64,000 bases of DNA. Source: a virus (taxonomy: Duplodnaviria > Heunggongvirae > Uroviricota > Caudoviricetes). Every line of letters begins with the position of its first letter. The first letter of the stretch is position 1. The stretch spans positions 74,516 to 138,515 of IMG/VR virus record IMGVR_UViG_2843020057_000001. One strand, given 5' to 3'. A model generated the notes under the pieces. That model saw only the letters and a list, made by a program, of their open reading frames with translations, ran no database searches and was not told the origin of the DNA. This document shows positions 49,167-57,715 of the stretch, piece by piece. A program made the translations under genes and the position numbers.

Positions 49167-49388
49167 TTAATCAATGTAAGTTAAATTTGTATCCTCAGGA
49201 TCATTTTTTGAAATGATCATGCAGTAATCAGAATTACGCACAAAAACGGGGTCAATTAAAACATCTTTGTTGTAATCATAAAATTTCCTGCACACATCAA
49301 TTTCTCCTGCTTGATATGTAGCTGCATTTAACTTCAATTGTTGAAATTCTTCAATGGTGAGCGGCTCAAAATCTTCTAATGTTAGCAT
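49167..49388 (-). CDS. hypothetical small protein
   Basis: ORF. Confidence 0.3.
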   Translation of the reverse strand: MLTLEDFEPLTIEEFQQLKLNAATYQAGEIDVCRKFYDYNKDVLIDPVFVRNSDYCMIISKNDPEDTNLTYID

Positions 49389-49417
49389 TCTTCTTCACAC
49401 TACTAAATTTCTTTTTT

Positions 49418-49936
49418 CTAATACAAGTAATCACGGTATTCAACCGAATCATCATTAATCAAATCTAAATCAATATTTCCATTTTCATCAGTTGCGCTTT
49501 TAATAATTTTTGCTTTATTTTCTCGATATGCTTGCTTTAATACTTTAATCCAACGCTTCGGGTGAAGTGCTTCATCTAGCAGTCTTTCACTGTACTGGTC
49601 GATAGGCGCCTTTTCATCAACCGCTTGGTAAACAGTGTCTAATTCATAATCAAAAGCATTGCCCTGTTCTACTGGGTTACAAAACAAGTCAAAATAAAAG
49701 TCCCATAGTACACATGCAATAAATTCTCCCTTAACAGTCTTTTTTTCACGGTACTTATCAGCATAATGTGTAAGCACTGAATCAAATGTAACCCCTGCAC
49801 TAATGAATTTTCTCCGTTGTTCTGGTGTTGCATCATGCCAAGCCTTACTCTTAACTAATTCATTAACACTAAATGGTAGTAAATTTGTATCAATCATCAT
49901 TTTATTCACTCTCCTAAATTTATTTTCTAATATCAA
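49418..49936 (-). CDS. hypothetical protein
   Basis: ORF. Confidence 0.35.
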   Translation of the reverse strand: MILENKFRRVNKMMIDTNLLPFSVNELVKSKAWHDATPEQRRKFISAGVTFDSVLTHYADKYREKKTVKGEFIACVLWDFYFDLFCNPVEQGNAFDYELDTVYQAVDEKAPIDQYSERLLDEALHPKRWIKVLKQAYRENKAKIIKSATDENGNIDLDLINDDSVEYRDYLY

Positions 49937-50108
49937 ATACTATGGAATTTTTCTCCATCTCGTCCAAACCAAATAAGTATTGCCAATCTGGATTAATTTT
50001 CACTACATTCATTGACTTATCAAAGTAACAATAATCGCCTTGACTTTCCTCAAACTTAATCATGTCTTTCCCATTCATCCAAATTGGCTCCATCTTACTC
50101 AGCCTCCT

Positions 50109-50384
50109 TTATTTATTCATTAGTTCGTTCAAGTCAACTGAAATTCTTTTTGGGTCTGATAATTCATTTAACTCTTGTTCCCAAATCTCAATTGACCCTA
50201 CAAGATCATCATCAAATTCATCAGTATCCTCTAAATAATTATTGAATAGCAGCCAATTCTTCAATAATTCTTTTGCCTTATTCAATGAAGTTGCACTAGT
50301 AACATAATCTGATTTACTATCCCAAAATCCCTGTTCATCCACGATTACTACACTGAAAATCTTTTGTTTCTCCATTTTACTCAC
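50109..50384 (-). CDS. hypothetical small acidic protein
   Basis: ORF. Confidence 0.3.
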   Translation of the reverse strand: MSKMEKQKIFSVVIVDEQGFWDSKSDYVTSATSLNKAKELLKNWLLFNNYLEDTDEFDDDLVGSIEIWEQELNELSDPKRISVDLNELMNK

Positions 50385-50406
50385 TCTCCTGAATTATTTT
50401 CCTAAC

Positions 50407-50625
50407 TTAAAATAGCAGTGTTTCTTTCTTAAATTTCCAACCATGCTTTTCAAATTCGTTCATTATCATTTCTGTATCATCGGCATTGTAGTTATACAGG
50501 AATTGTTTCCAATTACTAATTCCCAAACTATTCAATACCTTGATTAACTTCTTCTTGTTAAACCAACATTGATATACGTTGCTTCCTTCTTCCCAGGTAA
50601 CTAATTCCATAAACATAGCTTTCAC
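50407..50625 (-). CDS. hypothetical small protein
   Basis: ORF. Confidence 0.3.
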   Translation of the reverse strand: MKAMFMELVTWEEGSNVYQCWFNKKKLIKVLNSLGISNWKQFLYNYNADDTEMIMNEFEKHGWKFKKETLLF

Positions 50626-50903
50626 TCTCCTAAAATTTCTTTTTCTTCTAACTGTTGTACTTTATATCCAATATTCTCTAATGTTTCAATTGCCTCGGCT
50701 GTTGTCATTTCTAAACCAATTCCAAATGATTCGCCCCACTTTTTTAATTCCTGTTCATTAACTCGCTCTCTAAATCCATCTGCTGTGTCGATTAAATATC
50801 GCAATCTAAAATCACCACCTAAATTTCTTTTAGTACAAACGAATAGGGCAAACCAAACCAAGCCCACCATTTTCTCGTGAAATTGTGAATGGACGGTAAG
50901 CAT
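50622..50903 (-). CDS. hypothetical small protein
   Basis: ORF. Overlaps the next gene by ~70 nt. Confidence 0.25.
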   Translation of the reverse strand: MLTVHSQFHEKMVGLVWFALFVCTKRNLGGDFRLRYLIDTADGFRERVNEQELKKWGESFGIGLEMTTAEAIETLENIGYKVQQLEEKEILGE

Positions 50904-51687
50904 TTTGATAGAATCTAAATGTTAGATTTTCTCGACTACTAAGATATTGTAAACGTTGCTTTAATTTCTTCACGTTGAAATTAATCTCAAACTCATCATT
51001 TACCACTATATTAGTTACAGCAATTGGAAATTCTAAATCTTTTTCCCAGTTAGAATACTTAAGTTTCACCACATTATCTTTTACCAAAAGTGCCACTACT
51101 TCAGTTTTCTTTACTTCTTTGAACTCTTTTGTTAATCCAGGCTTATTAACGATTTTTACTATTTCTTTCAACACTGGAAAAATTTCTTTTTGTTGTACAT
51201 CAAACTTAACGGTTGCATCATTAAGGTATGGTGTAACTCGTACTAAATCTGGATAACCAAACACACTTATATTTTCTCGGCTGTCATCAATAAATTCTTC
51301 ACCACCGCCAACGATTGAAATAATTCCCTTGTACTTTCCATCATTAAATTGAGGGTAAACTCCCAATGTCTTCCCGTATTTCGTCGGTGTCTTAGATAAA
51401 TTCTTTGCAAACTTACCATCAATTAAAAATTCTTTACCAACTAACTCATCTGGAATACTTGCTGCTACATTTGCTCGCTCCAGTACATGGCTATCAGTTG
51501 CTTCTAAAATCAAATTATTTTCTGTAATCCGAACATGAACAAATGTAAGGTTGGGACGATGGTCAGATGGCTTAGCAACAGCAGTCGCCACTTGTCGTAA
51601 TTCTTTCAAAAATTCTTTTGCATTTACAAAAATACCGTTATCTTTATTAATAGTTGCTACGTTGTTTAATAGTGTTTGTGTATTCAT
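50830..51687 (-). CDS. hypothetical protein, possibly sliding-clamp (DnaN)-like
   Basis: N-terminal region LTFVHVRITENNLILEATDSHVLE resembles the beta-clamp domain-1 pattern. Only 285 aa. Weak. Confidence 0.3.
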   Translation of the reverse strand: MNTQTLLNNVATINKDNGIFVNAKEFLKELRQVATAVAKPSDHRPNLTFVHVRITENNLILEATDSHVLERANVAASIPDELVGKEFLIDGKFAKNLSKTPTKYGKTLGVYPQFNDGKYKGIISIVGGGEEFIDDSRENISVFGYPDLVRVTPYLNDATVKFDVQQKEIFPVLKEIVKIVNKPGLTKEFKEVKKTEVVALLVKDNVVKLKYSNWEKDLEFPIAVTNIVVNDEFEINFNVKKLKQRLQYLSSRENLTFRFYQNAYRPFTISRENGGLGLVCPIRLY

Positions 51688-51749
51688 GATAATTACCTCT
51701 TAATAGTGAATTTATTTTTAATGGTGGATTTGTTAATAAAATTTCTTTT

Positions 51750-52022
51750 CTATGCAACTTTTACAATCTCTAAATAATCTAGTTCAATTTCACAAGGCTC
51801 TGTTTCGTTAGGGTATTCATCATCGCCAATCCACTCTGCAATATAGTGTCCCTTTAATTTCATTCCCCACATATCAATGGCAAACTCACAAAATTCTCCA
51901 TCGGGAATATCTGAATTATGCTCGTTATCAATTGCGCACCAAAAATCACAATTAAACTTATCAATATTTTTCTCCGTGACAATTCCGCGACTTTTCTCAA
52001 TAACCAAATCATTCCAGCTCAT
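51750..52022 (-). CDS. hypothetical small acidic protein
   Basis: ORF. Confidence 0.3.
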   Translation of the reverse strand: MSWNDLVIEKSRGIVTEKNIDKFNCDFWCAIDNEHNSDIPDGEFCEFAIDMWGMKLKGHYIAEWIGDDEYPNETEPCEIELDYLEIVKVA

Positions 52023-52044
52023 TTTGATTTCCTCCTAAAATTTC

Positions 52045-52311
52045 TTAATTCTCGAACAATACGCAGAAGTCGTCCGCTGTTTTGTCAATATATTCCTCAG
52101 CAAACTCAACCTCATCATCAATTTTCTTTCCATTGAGTGATGGTAGCCCCTCGCCACTCAACCAATCGTCAAATTCATCTGCTGTCAAAACAGTGGACAT
52201 TAATTCCTCAATACCCTGGCAAAAGATGGTTTCGTCCTTGCCATCCACAATAAAATTCAGAATGTAGCAATCAGCCGGGATTGCGTCAATTCCTGCAAAT
52301 TTGATTATCAT
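52045..52311 (-). CDS. hypothetical small acidic protein
   Basis: ORF. Confidence 0.3.
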   Translation of the reverse strand: MIIKFAGIDAIPADCYILNFIVDGKDETIFCQGIEELMSTVLTADEFDDWLSGEGLPSLNGKKIDDEVEFAEEYIDKTADDFCVLFEN

Positions 52312-52368
52312 GATAATTACCTCTTAATAGTGAATTTATTGTTAATAGTGTTTTTGTTAGGATAATTT

Positions 52369-52662
52369 CTAGTATTCTGAACGACGTAAACCTAGGTAAA
52401 AACATTTTCCATCTGCTGTTTTTCCGAATGACTTATATAGATAATTTCCGTCATCATCTTGGTCGTATTCTTCACCAACACAAAATGTTTGAATAAATTT
52501 AATACCTAATTGACTCTCTAAAATTTCTTTTGTCACTTCCTCTAATGGATATGGTGGCAAAACACAGTACATATCAGAATAGATTTCATGTTCAACTTCT
52601 TGAAATAACTGTGGAGTTAATTCGCCATCTTTATTCCAATCTTTCATCGTATAAATACTCAT
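52369..52662 (-). CDS. hypothetical small protein
   Basis: ORF. Confidence 0.3.
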   Translation of the reverse strand: MSIYTMKDWNKDGELTPQLFQEVEHEIYSDMYCVLPPYPLEEVTKEILESQLGIKFIQTFCVGEEYDQDDDGNYLYKSFGKTADGKCFYLGLRRSEY

Positions 52663-52737
52663 TTCTATTTCCTCACTTTCACAAATGCTGTTATATCAAC
52701 GTTTTCAAGACTAAAATTTCTTTCTAAAATGTCTGTT

Positions 52738-52992
52738 TCACAAATTAGCAATAAATGCTCGTACATCTTCATCATCAAACAAAGTTGGTTTATAGCCACT
52801 GATTAACTCACCATCTGGGTCAAGAATGTCGTAACTAACTGGCTTGCTGTCGTCAATCCAGGTATCTATAACTTCGCCTAAATTGTCTCCCATGTCTTCC
52901 TCTAAGTTATCTAAGTTGACTTCGTGGGTTTCAACGACCGGTACTTGAGCGTTAATGGTATATCCCTTTTGTACAAATTCCTTTAATTCCAT
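52738..52992 (-). CDS. hypothetical small very acidic protein
   Basis: ORF. Confidence 0.3.
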   Translation of the reverse strand: MELKEFVQKGYTINAQVPVVETHEVNLDNLEEDMGDNLGEVIDTWIDDSKPVSYDILDPDGELISGYKPTLFDDEDVRAFIANL

Positions 52993-53068
52993 TTTCTATT
53001 TCCTCACTTTCACAAATTCCGTTATATCAACGTTTTCAAGACTAAAATTTCTTTATAAAATACATGTT

Positions 53069-53413
53069 TTATAATTGAACTAAACTTAGTTTTTCTCGTA
53101 CAATTTCATCTTTAATTCTTTCAGCTTTTTCCCATACGCTGTCGCTGTCTGGATATTTATATTCTGCTGACTTAATAGCCTGTACAATTTCGGTGTAGTA
53201 ATTGGAACAACCTGTACTTCTGTACCACTCTTTTACTCCACCCATTAAATCAATCTGACTTTGTGGCTGCTGCTTAATTTCTTCAATTTGTTGCATATCA
53301 ATTTCAATACTTGATAGCAAACATTCTTTCATTTTTTCTAACTTACTCATTTTTAATATTCTCCGTTCTAATAGTGTTATGCGACTAATTCTTTTTCTCG
53401 TTTCACTGAACAT
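53069..53413 (-). CDS. hypothetical protein
   Basis: ORF. Confidence 0.3.
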   Translation of the reverse strand: MFSETRKRISRITLLERRILKMSKLEKMKECLLSSIEIDMQQIEEIKQQPQSQIDLMGGVKEWYRSTGCSNYYTEIVQAIKSAEYKYPDSDSVWEKAERIKDEIVREKLSLVQL

Positions 53414-54000
53414 TCATAATCAATTGACAAGTCAAAGTCTTGAATAATTCCATTCAGCATATCCAAGTCGTCATCTTCTAAATATCCGACTGGTGTATAA
53501 ATATTTTCTTGATCGTTGTAATATCCAACTGTTCCAGTTGCCAAATCAATTGCTCCGTCAATACGTGCCCAACCAGTGTTTGAAAACCCTAGTAAATAAT
53601 GCTTTTTAGACTTGTCGTAAATCAGACAATCACATTCATTAATAACTGAATAATCACAATATTTTACATACACTTGGTTTTCTCCGACACGTTGAATTAA
53701 TTCAATTTCTTCTCCGTCTACGTCAATATATTGATTTTCTAAAAATTCTTCTGTTAATTCCTTTAATTCTGCTTCGTCAACTGACCATGGATACCATTCT
53801 TCGATTAATTGAGATAATTCAGCAATTGTTTCATACGAACCAACCTTGTTCCACAAAATTCCCATGTCCCAACTTTTTTCTAAAATTACTCCAATTTCAC
53901 CGTTTACTTTTTGCATGATATTTACCCCCGTGATTTTCTTTTCCATCTTGATTTTCTCCAATTCTGTAATTTTTAATACTGGGCACCAATTAGCCACCAT
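53377..54000 (-). CDS. hypothetical protein
   Basis: ORF. Confidence 0.35.
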   Translation of the reverse strand: MVANWCPVLKITELEKIKMEKKITGVNIMQKVNGEIGVILEKSWDMGILWNKVGSYETIAELSQLIEEWYPWSVDEAELKELTEEFLENQYIDVDGEEIELIQRVGENQVYVKYCDYSVINECDCLIYDKSKKHYLLGFSNTGWARIDGAIDLATGTVGYYNDQENIYTPVGYLEDDDLDMLNGIIQDFDLSIDYECSVKREKELVA

Positions 54001-54245
54001 TTACTTCCAGGTAAATCTTCATCATCTCTCCAATTTTCTGACTGGCTATCAATGAATGAACGATAATCACTATCGTTTTCATATTGTTCCCGATCGACTT
54101 CCTCACAACCAATTGCTCCATATTCGTAACCTAAATAACCGGCATTTACGATTTTTGTTGCTAATTCCTCATCACCACTAACTTCCCACTGTACCAACCA
54201 ATCGAATAAGGCTTTTTGTGTTTTCGTCCAAACTGATTTTTCCAT
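53973..54245 (-). CDS. hypothetical small acidic protein
   Basis: ORF. Confidence 0.3.
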   Translation of the reverse strand: MEKSVWTKTQKALFDWLVQWEVSGDEELATKIVNAGYLGYEYGAIGCEEVDREQYENDSDYRSFIDSQSENWRDDEDLPGSKWWLIGAQY

Positions 54246-54283
54246 TTTCTATTTCCTCGCTTTTCCAAAATTTCTTTTTATTC

Positions 54284-54655
54284 CTACCAATTAGGAAAAA
54301 TATATTTTTCTTTCACGATTGTTCTTTTAACTGCTGGATTAGCACAACCAATATTGACCAATTCTCGTTTTTCTACACTTTCACCATCTTCTTGTGGATA
54401 GGCGAAAATTTGAATATCATCTAATTCTTCATCTGTTAATTGTTCCCAATATTCAAGCAATTCATTTTCGTCATAAAACCCTTCAAGTTCATTACCGAAC
54501 CAATCGCAAACACTGAAATACCAGGATTTGCGAATTAACTCACCATCAAAGTAGTCATCTGGCTTAATCCATTTGAAGGTAACGGGATAATTTTCTCGGC
54601 GATAGTGTAATTTTTTCATGATAATTTTCTCCTCAATTATTTCTTTTCTAGTCAA
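54284..54655 (-). CDS. hypothetical acidic protein
   Basis: ORF. Confidence 0.3.
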   Translation of the reverse strand: MTRKEIIEEKIIMKKLHYRRENYPVTFKWIKPDDYFDGELIRKSWYFSVCDWFGNELEGFYDENELLEYWEQLTDEELDDIQIFAYPQEDGESVEKRELVNIGCANPAVKRTIVKEKYIFPNW

Positions 54656-55005
54656 CCTTTGTTAATTCAATTTCTCCATTGGCTACCGCTTCAATAATCC
54701 ACGGATAATTTTCAAGTAATACACGGCCACGGATATGGTCAACACCGCCTCCATGTGTTCCCTTGTAATCAACTCGGTATAATTTCGTTTTGAAGATACG
54801 CATTTTTATTTCCTCCGTTCTATGAAAAATTATTTTTGTTCAATACCTTTGAGTTGACGAATAATTTTCGCTTCGCTCATCATTACCTTGTAATTTGAGT
54901 TGGCTTCTTGTGCTGAATGCACCCAACCCCCAAAGCATACAAGTGCGATAATAGCAAGCATTACAATTGCAATATTTTTCTTCATGATTATCTATCCTCT
55001 GTACT

Positions 55006-55530
55006 TTATAGATTTTCTTCTTTGAATTGACTAATGATTTCATCGGCATGATTGTTAAGCATTTCTTGATAGTCGTATTCGGTCATGCTTTCACAATTAC
55101 CGCAACCGTTAATAAAGATGTAAGGATCAAGCCAATTGTGAATATCGCCAAAGAACACGGCTCGCGCTACTTCTTGCCGTGATGAAAACATGGTGTCAAA
55201 GAAATCATCATCAAAATCGTATACATCCTCACAGCCGGTTGCTTCACGATCATCTAGGGCGTTGTATACATCCTCGATAGTGTCATAGTCCTCGAGTGCT
55301 TCGGCTAATTCATTCAGAGCGTATAAGTTGTCGTATTCACCAATCTTGAAAGGTGCTTCATAATCACTGATAAACCATTCATCGTGGTAACCTTGCTTGC
55401 TATCACCGCCCAGGTCTAACTTGTCCAAAATATCCTTGTTCACATCATCAACTGGCAAAGTTGTCCATTGTCCAGTAAGTTCACCATCGTTGTACTTCGC
55501 TAAGTTTGAAACAAATACTTTAATTTCCAT
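55006..55530 (-). CDS. ardA: ArdA antirestriction protein (DNA mimic, anti-Type I R-M)
   Basis: N-terminus VFVSNLAKYNDGELTGQWTTLPVDD aligns with Tn916 ArdA VYIANLGKYNEGELVGAWFTFPID. ~170 aa and highly acidic. Confidence 0.75.
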   Translation of the reverse strand: MEIKVFVSNLAKYNDGELTGQWTTLPVDDVNKDILDKLDLGGDSKQGYHDEWFISDYEAPFKIGEYDNLYALNELAEALEDYDTIEDVYNALDDREATGCEDVYDFDDDFFDTMFSSRQEVARAVFFGDIHNWLDPYIFINGCGNCESMTEYDYQEMLNNHADEIISQFKEENL

Positions 55531-55603
55531 GATATTTACCCCTTTTTATAATTATATTTATTTTCATTCTTTATTTACTTGTGATTAATAGTGTAAGATT
55601 ACA

Positions 55604-55807
55604 TTAGTTTAGCAAGTTCGTCAATAGTGCCCGTAAAAGTGGGAGGGTCACTGCAATAACAATAACTGCAATGAATGCAGCTAAAATACTGTACTTCTTA
55701 AACTTGATTAGTTTTTTGCTATCCTGTTCTAATTGCTTAATGTATTCTGGATCAACCAACTTGTAATCCTGTTCTGCGTATTTTTGTAGTTCTTTTTGTG
55801 ACATCAT
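55604..55807 (-). CDS. small membrane protein, first gene downstream of the promoter array
   Basis: C-terminal TM helix. Confidence 0.3.
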   Translation of the reverse strand: MMSQKELQKYAEQDYKLVDPEYIKQLEQDSKKLIKFKKYSILAAFIAVIVIAVTLPLLRALLTNLLN

Positions 55808-56343
55808 AATATCAAAACCCTTCTAATTTATTTCAGCGGTTGTTATTAATCGCTTTATATAGAGTCTTATCGTGTTGATAAGGCTCTCTAAAAACAATTA
55901 ATAGTGTCTTTTTCACTTTCATAGGCTTAAACCAAGAATATTAGCAAGTCCCTACTGGTAGTATCACGGTGCCTTTATCTACTATTGATTAGGCGGTTGA
56001 CGTGGAATCACCTACCCCTACCGTACCGGGTTATTTACCAACTTTTGATATTGCGGAGTTGTTCTCAGTTCTACTGAAAGATTGAACCGCGGTTATTAAG
56101 TTTTCAAAGGTCAACGCCCTGATTTTTCGCGTGTCTGTCACCCGCGCGGGTTCCCGTGACGAATTTTAACCTAATGATAGTCTGATATATGGTGTTTCCC
56201 TTGCATTGAACCCTATCCGATATGATGGTCTAGTTATGGTTCGCGCCCCCACCTTTTTCGTGGGCTATCAGTCCCGTGGTAAGTTTTTCGACTTTCAAGG
56301 TCAGTTTTTTGAATTGGTAGCTTTCCAATGTAATCTGAACATT

Positions 56344-56373
56344 TTTATATAGACTTAAGTCTATATAAATCAA
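56344..56373 (-). promoter_or_regulatory. promoter P1 (minus strand, TTGATT-18-TATAAA) with 22-bp perfect palindrome in spacer
   Basis: rc reads ggTTGATTtatatagacttaagtctaTATAAAaa. Confidence 0.5.
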
Positions 56374-56428
56374 CCTTTTGTTTGTTAATCGCTCAAGGTT
56401 TGCGATTGCTTGTTTCTTTACGGCTTTT

Positions 56429-56457
56429 ATTATATAGACTTAAGTCTATATTGTCAA
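56429..56457 (-). promoter_or_regulatory. promoter P2 (minus strand, perfect consensus TTGACA-17-TATAAT, palindromic operator in spacer)
   Basis: rc reads cTTGACAatatagacttaagtctaTATAATaaaagcc. Spacer is exactly 17 nt. Confidence 0.7.
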
Positions 56458-56552
56458 GTCTTAATTTTAGAATTTTTTAGTGGTTGACCTCGGCGACAAG
56501 TAATATAGCTGAGTGAACTCACTTTCAATTCATTTATTAAGTTTGTGCCTTT

Positions 56553-56581
56553 ATTATATAGCCTTAAGTCTATATTGTCAA
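56553..56581 (-). promoter_or_regulatory. promoter P3 (TTGACA-17-TATAAT)
   Basis: Same unit as P2, with one mismatch in the palindrome (tatagccttaagtctata). Confidence 0.7.
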
Positions 56582-56663
56582 GAAGTAATTTTGATTATTT
56601 TTGAAAACCTATGCTAGTTCGATGACTGCTATTTTTGTTTTCTTAATCAACTTTACGGCCTTT

Positions 56664-56692
56664 ATTATATAGCCTTAAGTCTATATTGTCAA
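56664..56692 (-). promoter_or_regulatory. promoter P4 (TTGACA-17-TATAAT)
   Basis: Same unit. Copies are spaced ~111-125 bp. Confidence 0.7.
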
Positions 56693-56705
56693 GAAGTAAT
56701 TTTAG

Positions 56706-56740
56706 AATAAAAAAAACAATAGTAAATGAATACTATTGTT
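56706..56740 (-). terminator. rho-independent terminator of the small ORF 56733..56960
   Basis: Minus strand aacaatagta-ttcatt-tactattgtt followed by ttttttttatt. Confidence 0.55.
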
Positions 56741-56960
56741 GTAAGTCTTTTAAGCGTTGTTCAATATCAGAATGTAATTCTTTTAAGTCGTCAATGTATT
56801 GTAAACGATTTTCGTTAATTGCCTGCGATAGTTTAGTAGACTTTTTAAGATTAACATTAATAAAACCGCGCGCCTGACCCTTGCGGTCCCAGTATGTTTT
56901 TTTCAGTGGATTTTCAGCACGATATTTTTTTGTCGCTTCCTTTTGTGCCTCGCTTACCAT
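56733..56960 (-). CDS. small basic protein, candidate DNA-binding regulator of the palindromic operators
   Basis: 75 aa and K/R-rich. Preceded at 56975-57000 by a partial copy of the repeat unit, with TATAAT at 56994-56999 and a half palindrome. Confidence 0.4.
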   Translation of the reverse strand: MVSEAQKEATKKYRAENPLKKTYWDRKGQARGFINVNLKKSTKLSQAINENRLQYIDDLKELHSDIEQRLKDLQQ

Positions 56961-57040
56961 TTACTCACCCCCTTTTTGTATAGCCTTAAGACTATTATAA
57001 CATACTTACAACCCTAACAGAATATAAAAATAATACCCCT

Positions 57041-57715
57041 TTTTATTTTTATATAAGGAAAGAAAAAAATAATAATGGTATTGATATATATGTATATATG
57101 TATGTATGTATATGTATATGTATGATTGAGTAAGTGAGTGATATATATGTATATGTATATATGTATGTATATGTATGTATGGTTATGTATGTATATATGG
57201 TTGTATATATGGTTGTATATATGTATGTATATATGTATGTATATATGTATATATGTATGTATGTATATGTATGTATATATGTATGTATGGTTGATTGAGT
57301 GAGTGATTGAGTGAATAAGTGAGTTAGTAAGTGAGTGAATAAGTGAGTGAGTGTATGTATGATAACGCTTTCATATGTTATTGTATGATGGATCAAATGA
57401 ATATGTATATGTATTGAGTGAGTTAGTAAGTGAGTTGGCTGGTAGGGTAAACGGTTGTTTATTATATAAGGGGCGTGGATTGAGTTATTAAGTGAGTGAG
57501 TAAGTGATATATATTATTGTGTTTGTTTGATGTGTTTGGTTTATTTGGTCGGTGGTATGGTGTGAGTGTAGTGTAGTGATTAATTAGTGAGTTTGGTTGG
57601 TAGGGTTATTGTGTTAGGTTGGTTGGGAGTGGGTTGGGTAAATATATAGTTTTTTATTATGGTTGGGGGTGTGTTTATTATTATGTTTGTTTGGTGTGAT
57701 AGCTGATTACTATAT
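57041..57715. repeat. ~675-bp strand-asymmetric low-complexity region: top strand essentially C-free, built from (TATG/TGTA)n and (GTGAGTRA)n microsatellite-like repeats and G/T-rich GGTTGG tracts
   Basis: Direct count gives ~11 C residues in ~675 nt. Repeats tatgtatgtatatgtatatg..., gagtgattgagtgaataagtgagt..., ggttggtagggtt...ggttgggagtgggttgggt. Confidence 0.85.

Noticed and set aside
54840-55049. Track ORF 54840-55049 (69 aa, MPMKSLVNSKKK...)
   Set aside because: Overlaps the ArdA 3' end and is in a different frame from a more plausible ~50-aa signal-peptide/lipoprotein-like ORF (MKKNIAIVMLAIIALVCF..., ~54835-54987, minus). Neither is confidently callable.
56343-56710. Evenly spaced direct repeats considered as a possible CRISPR array or replication iterons
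   Set aside because: Repeat units (~50 bp) are separated by ~70-bp unique segments with ~119-bp periodicity. Each unit is a perfect sigma70-type promoter on the minus strand with an internal palindrome. No cas genes are present. Spacing is unlike 20-22-bp iteron arrays.
57049-57396. 115-aa ORF ([10 protein letters not shown]...THLFTHL...) on the minus strand
   Set aside because: Pure translation of the (TATG)n/(GTGAGT)n microsatellite region. Periodic low-complexity peptide with no RBS and no start context.
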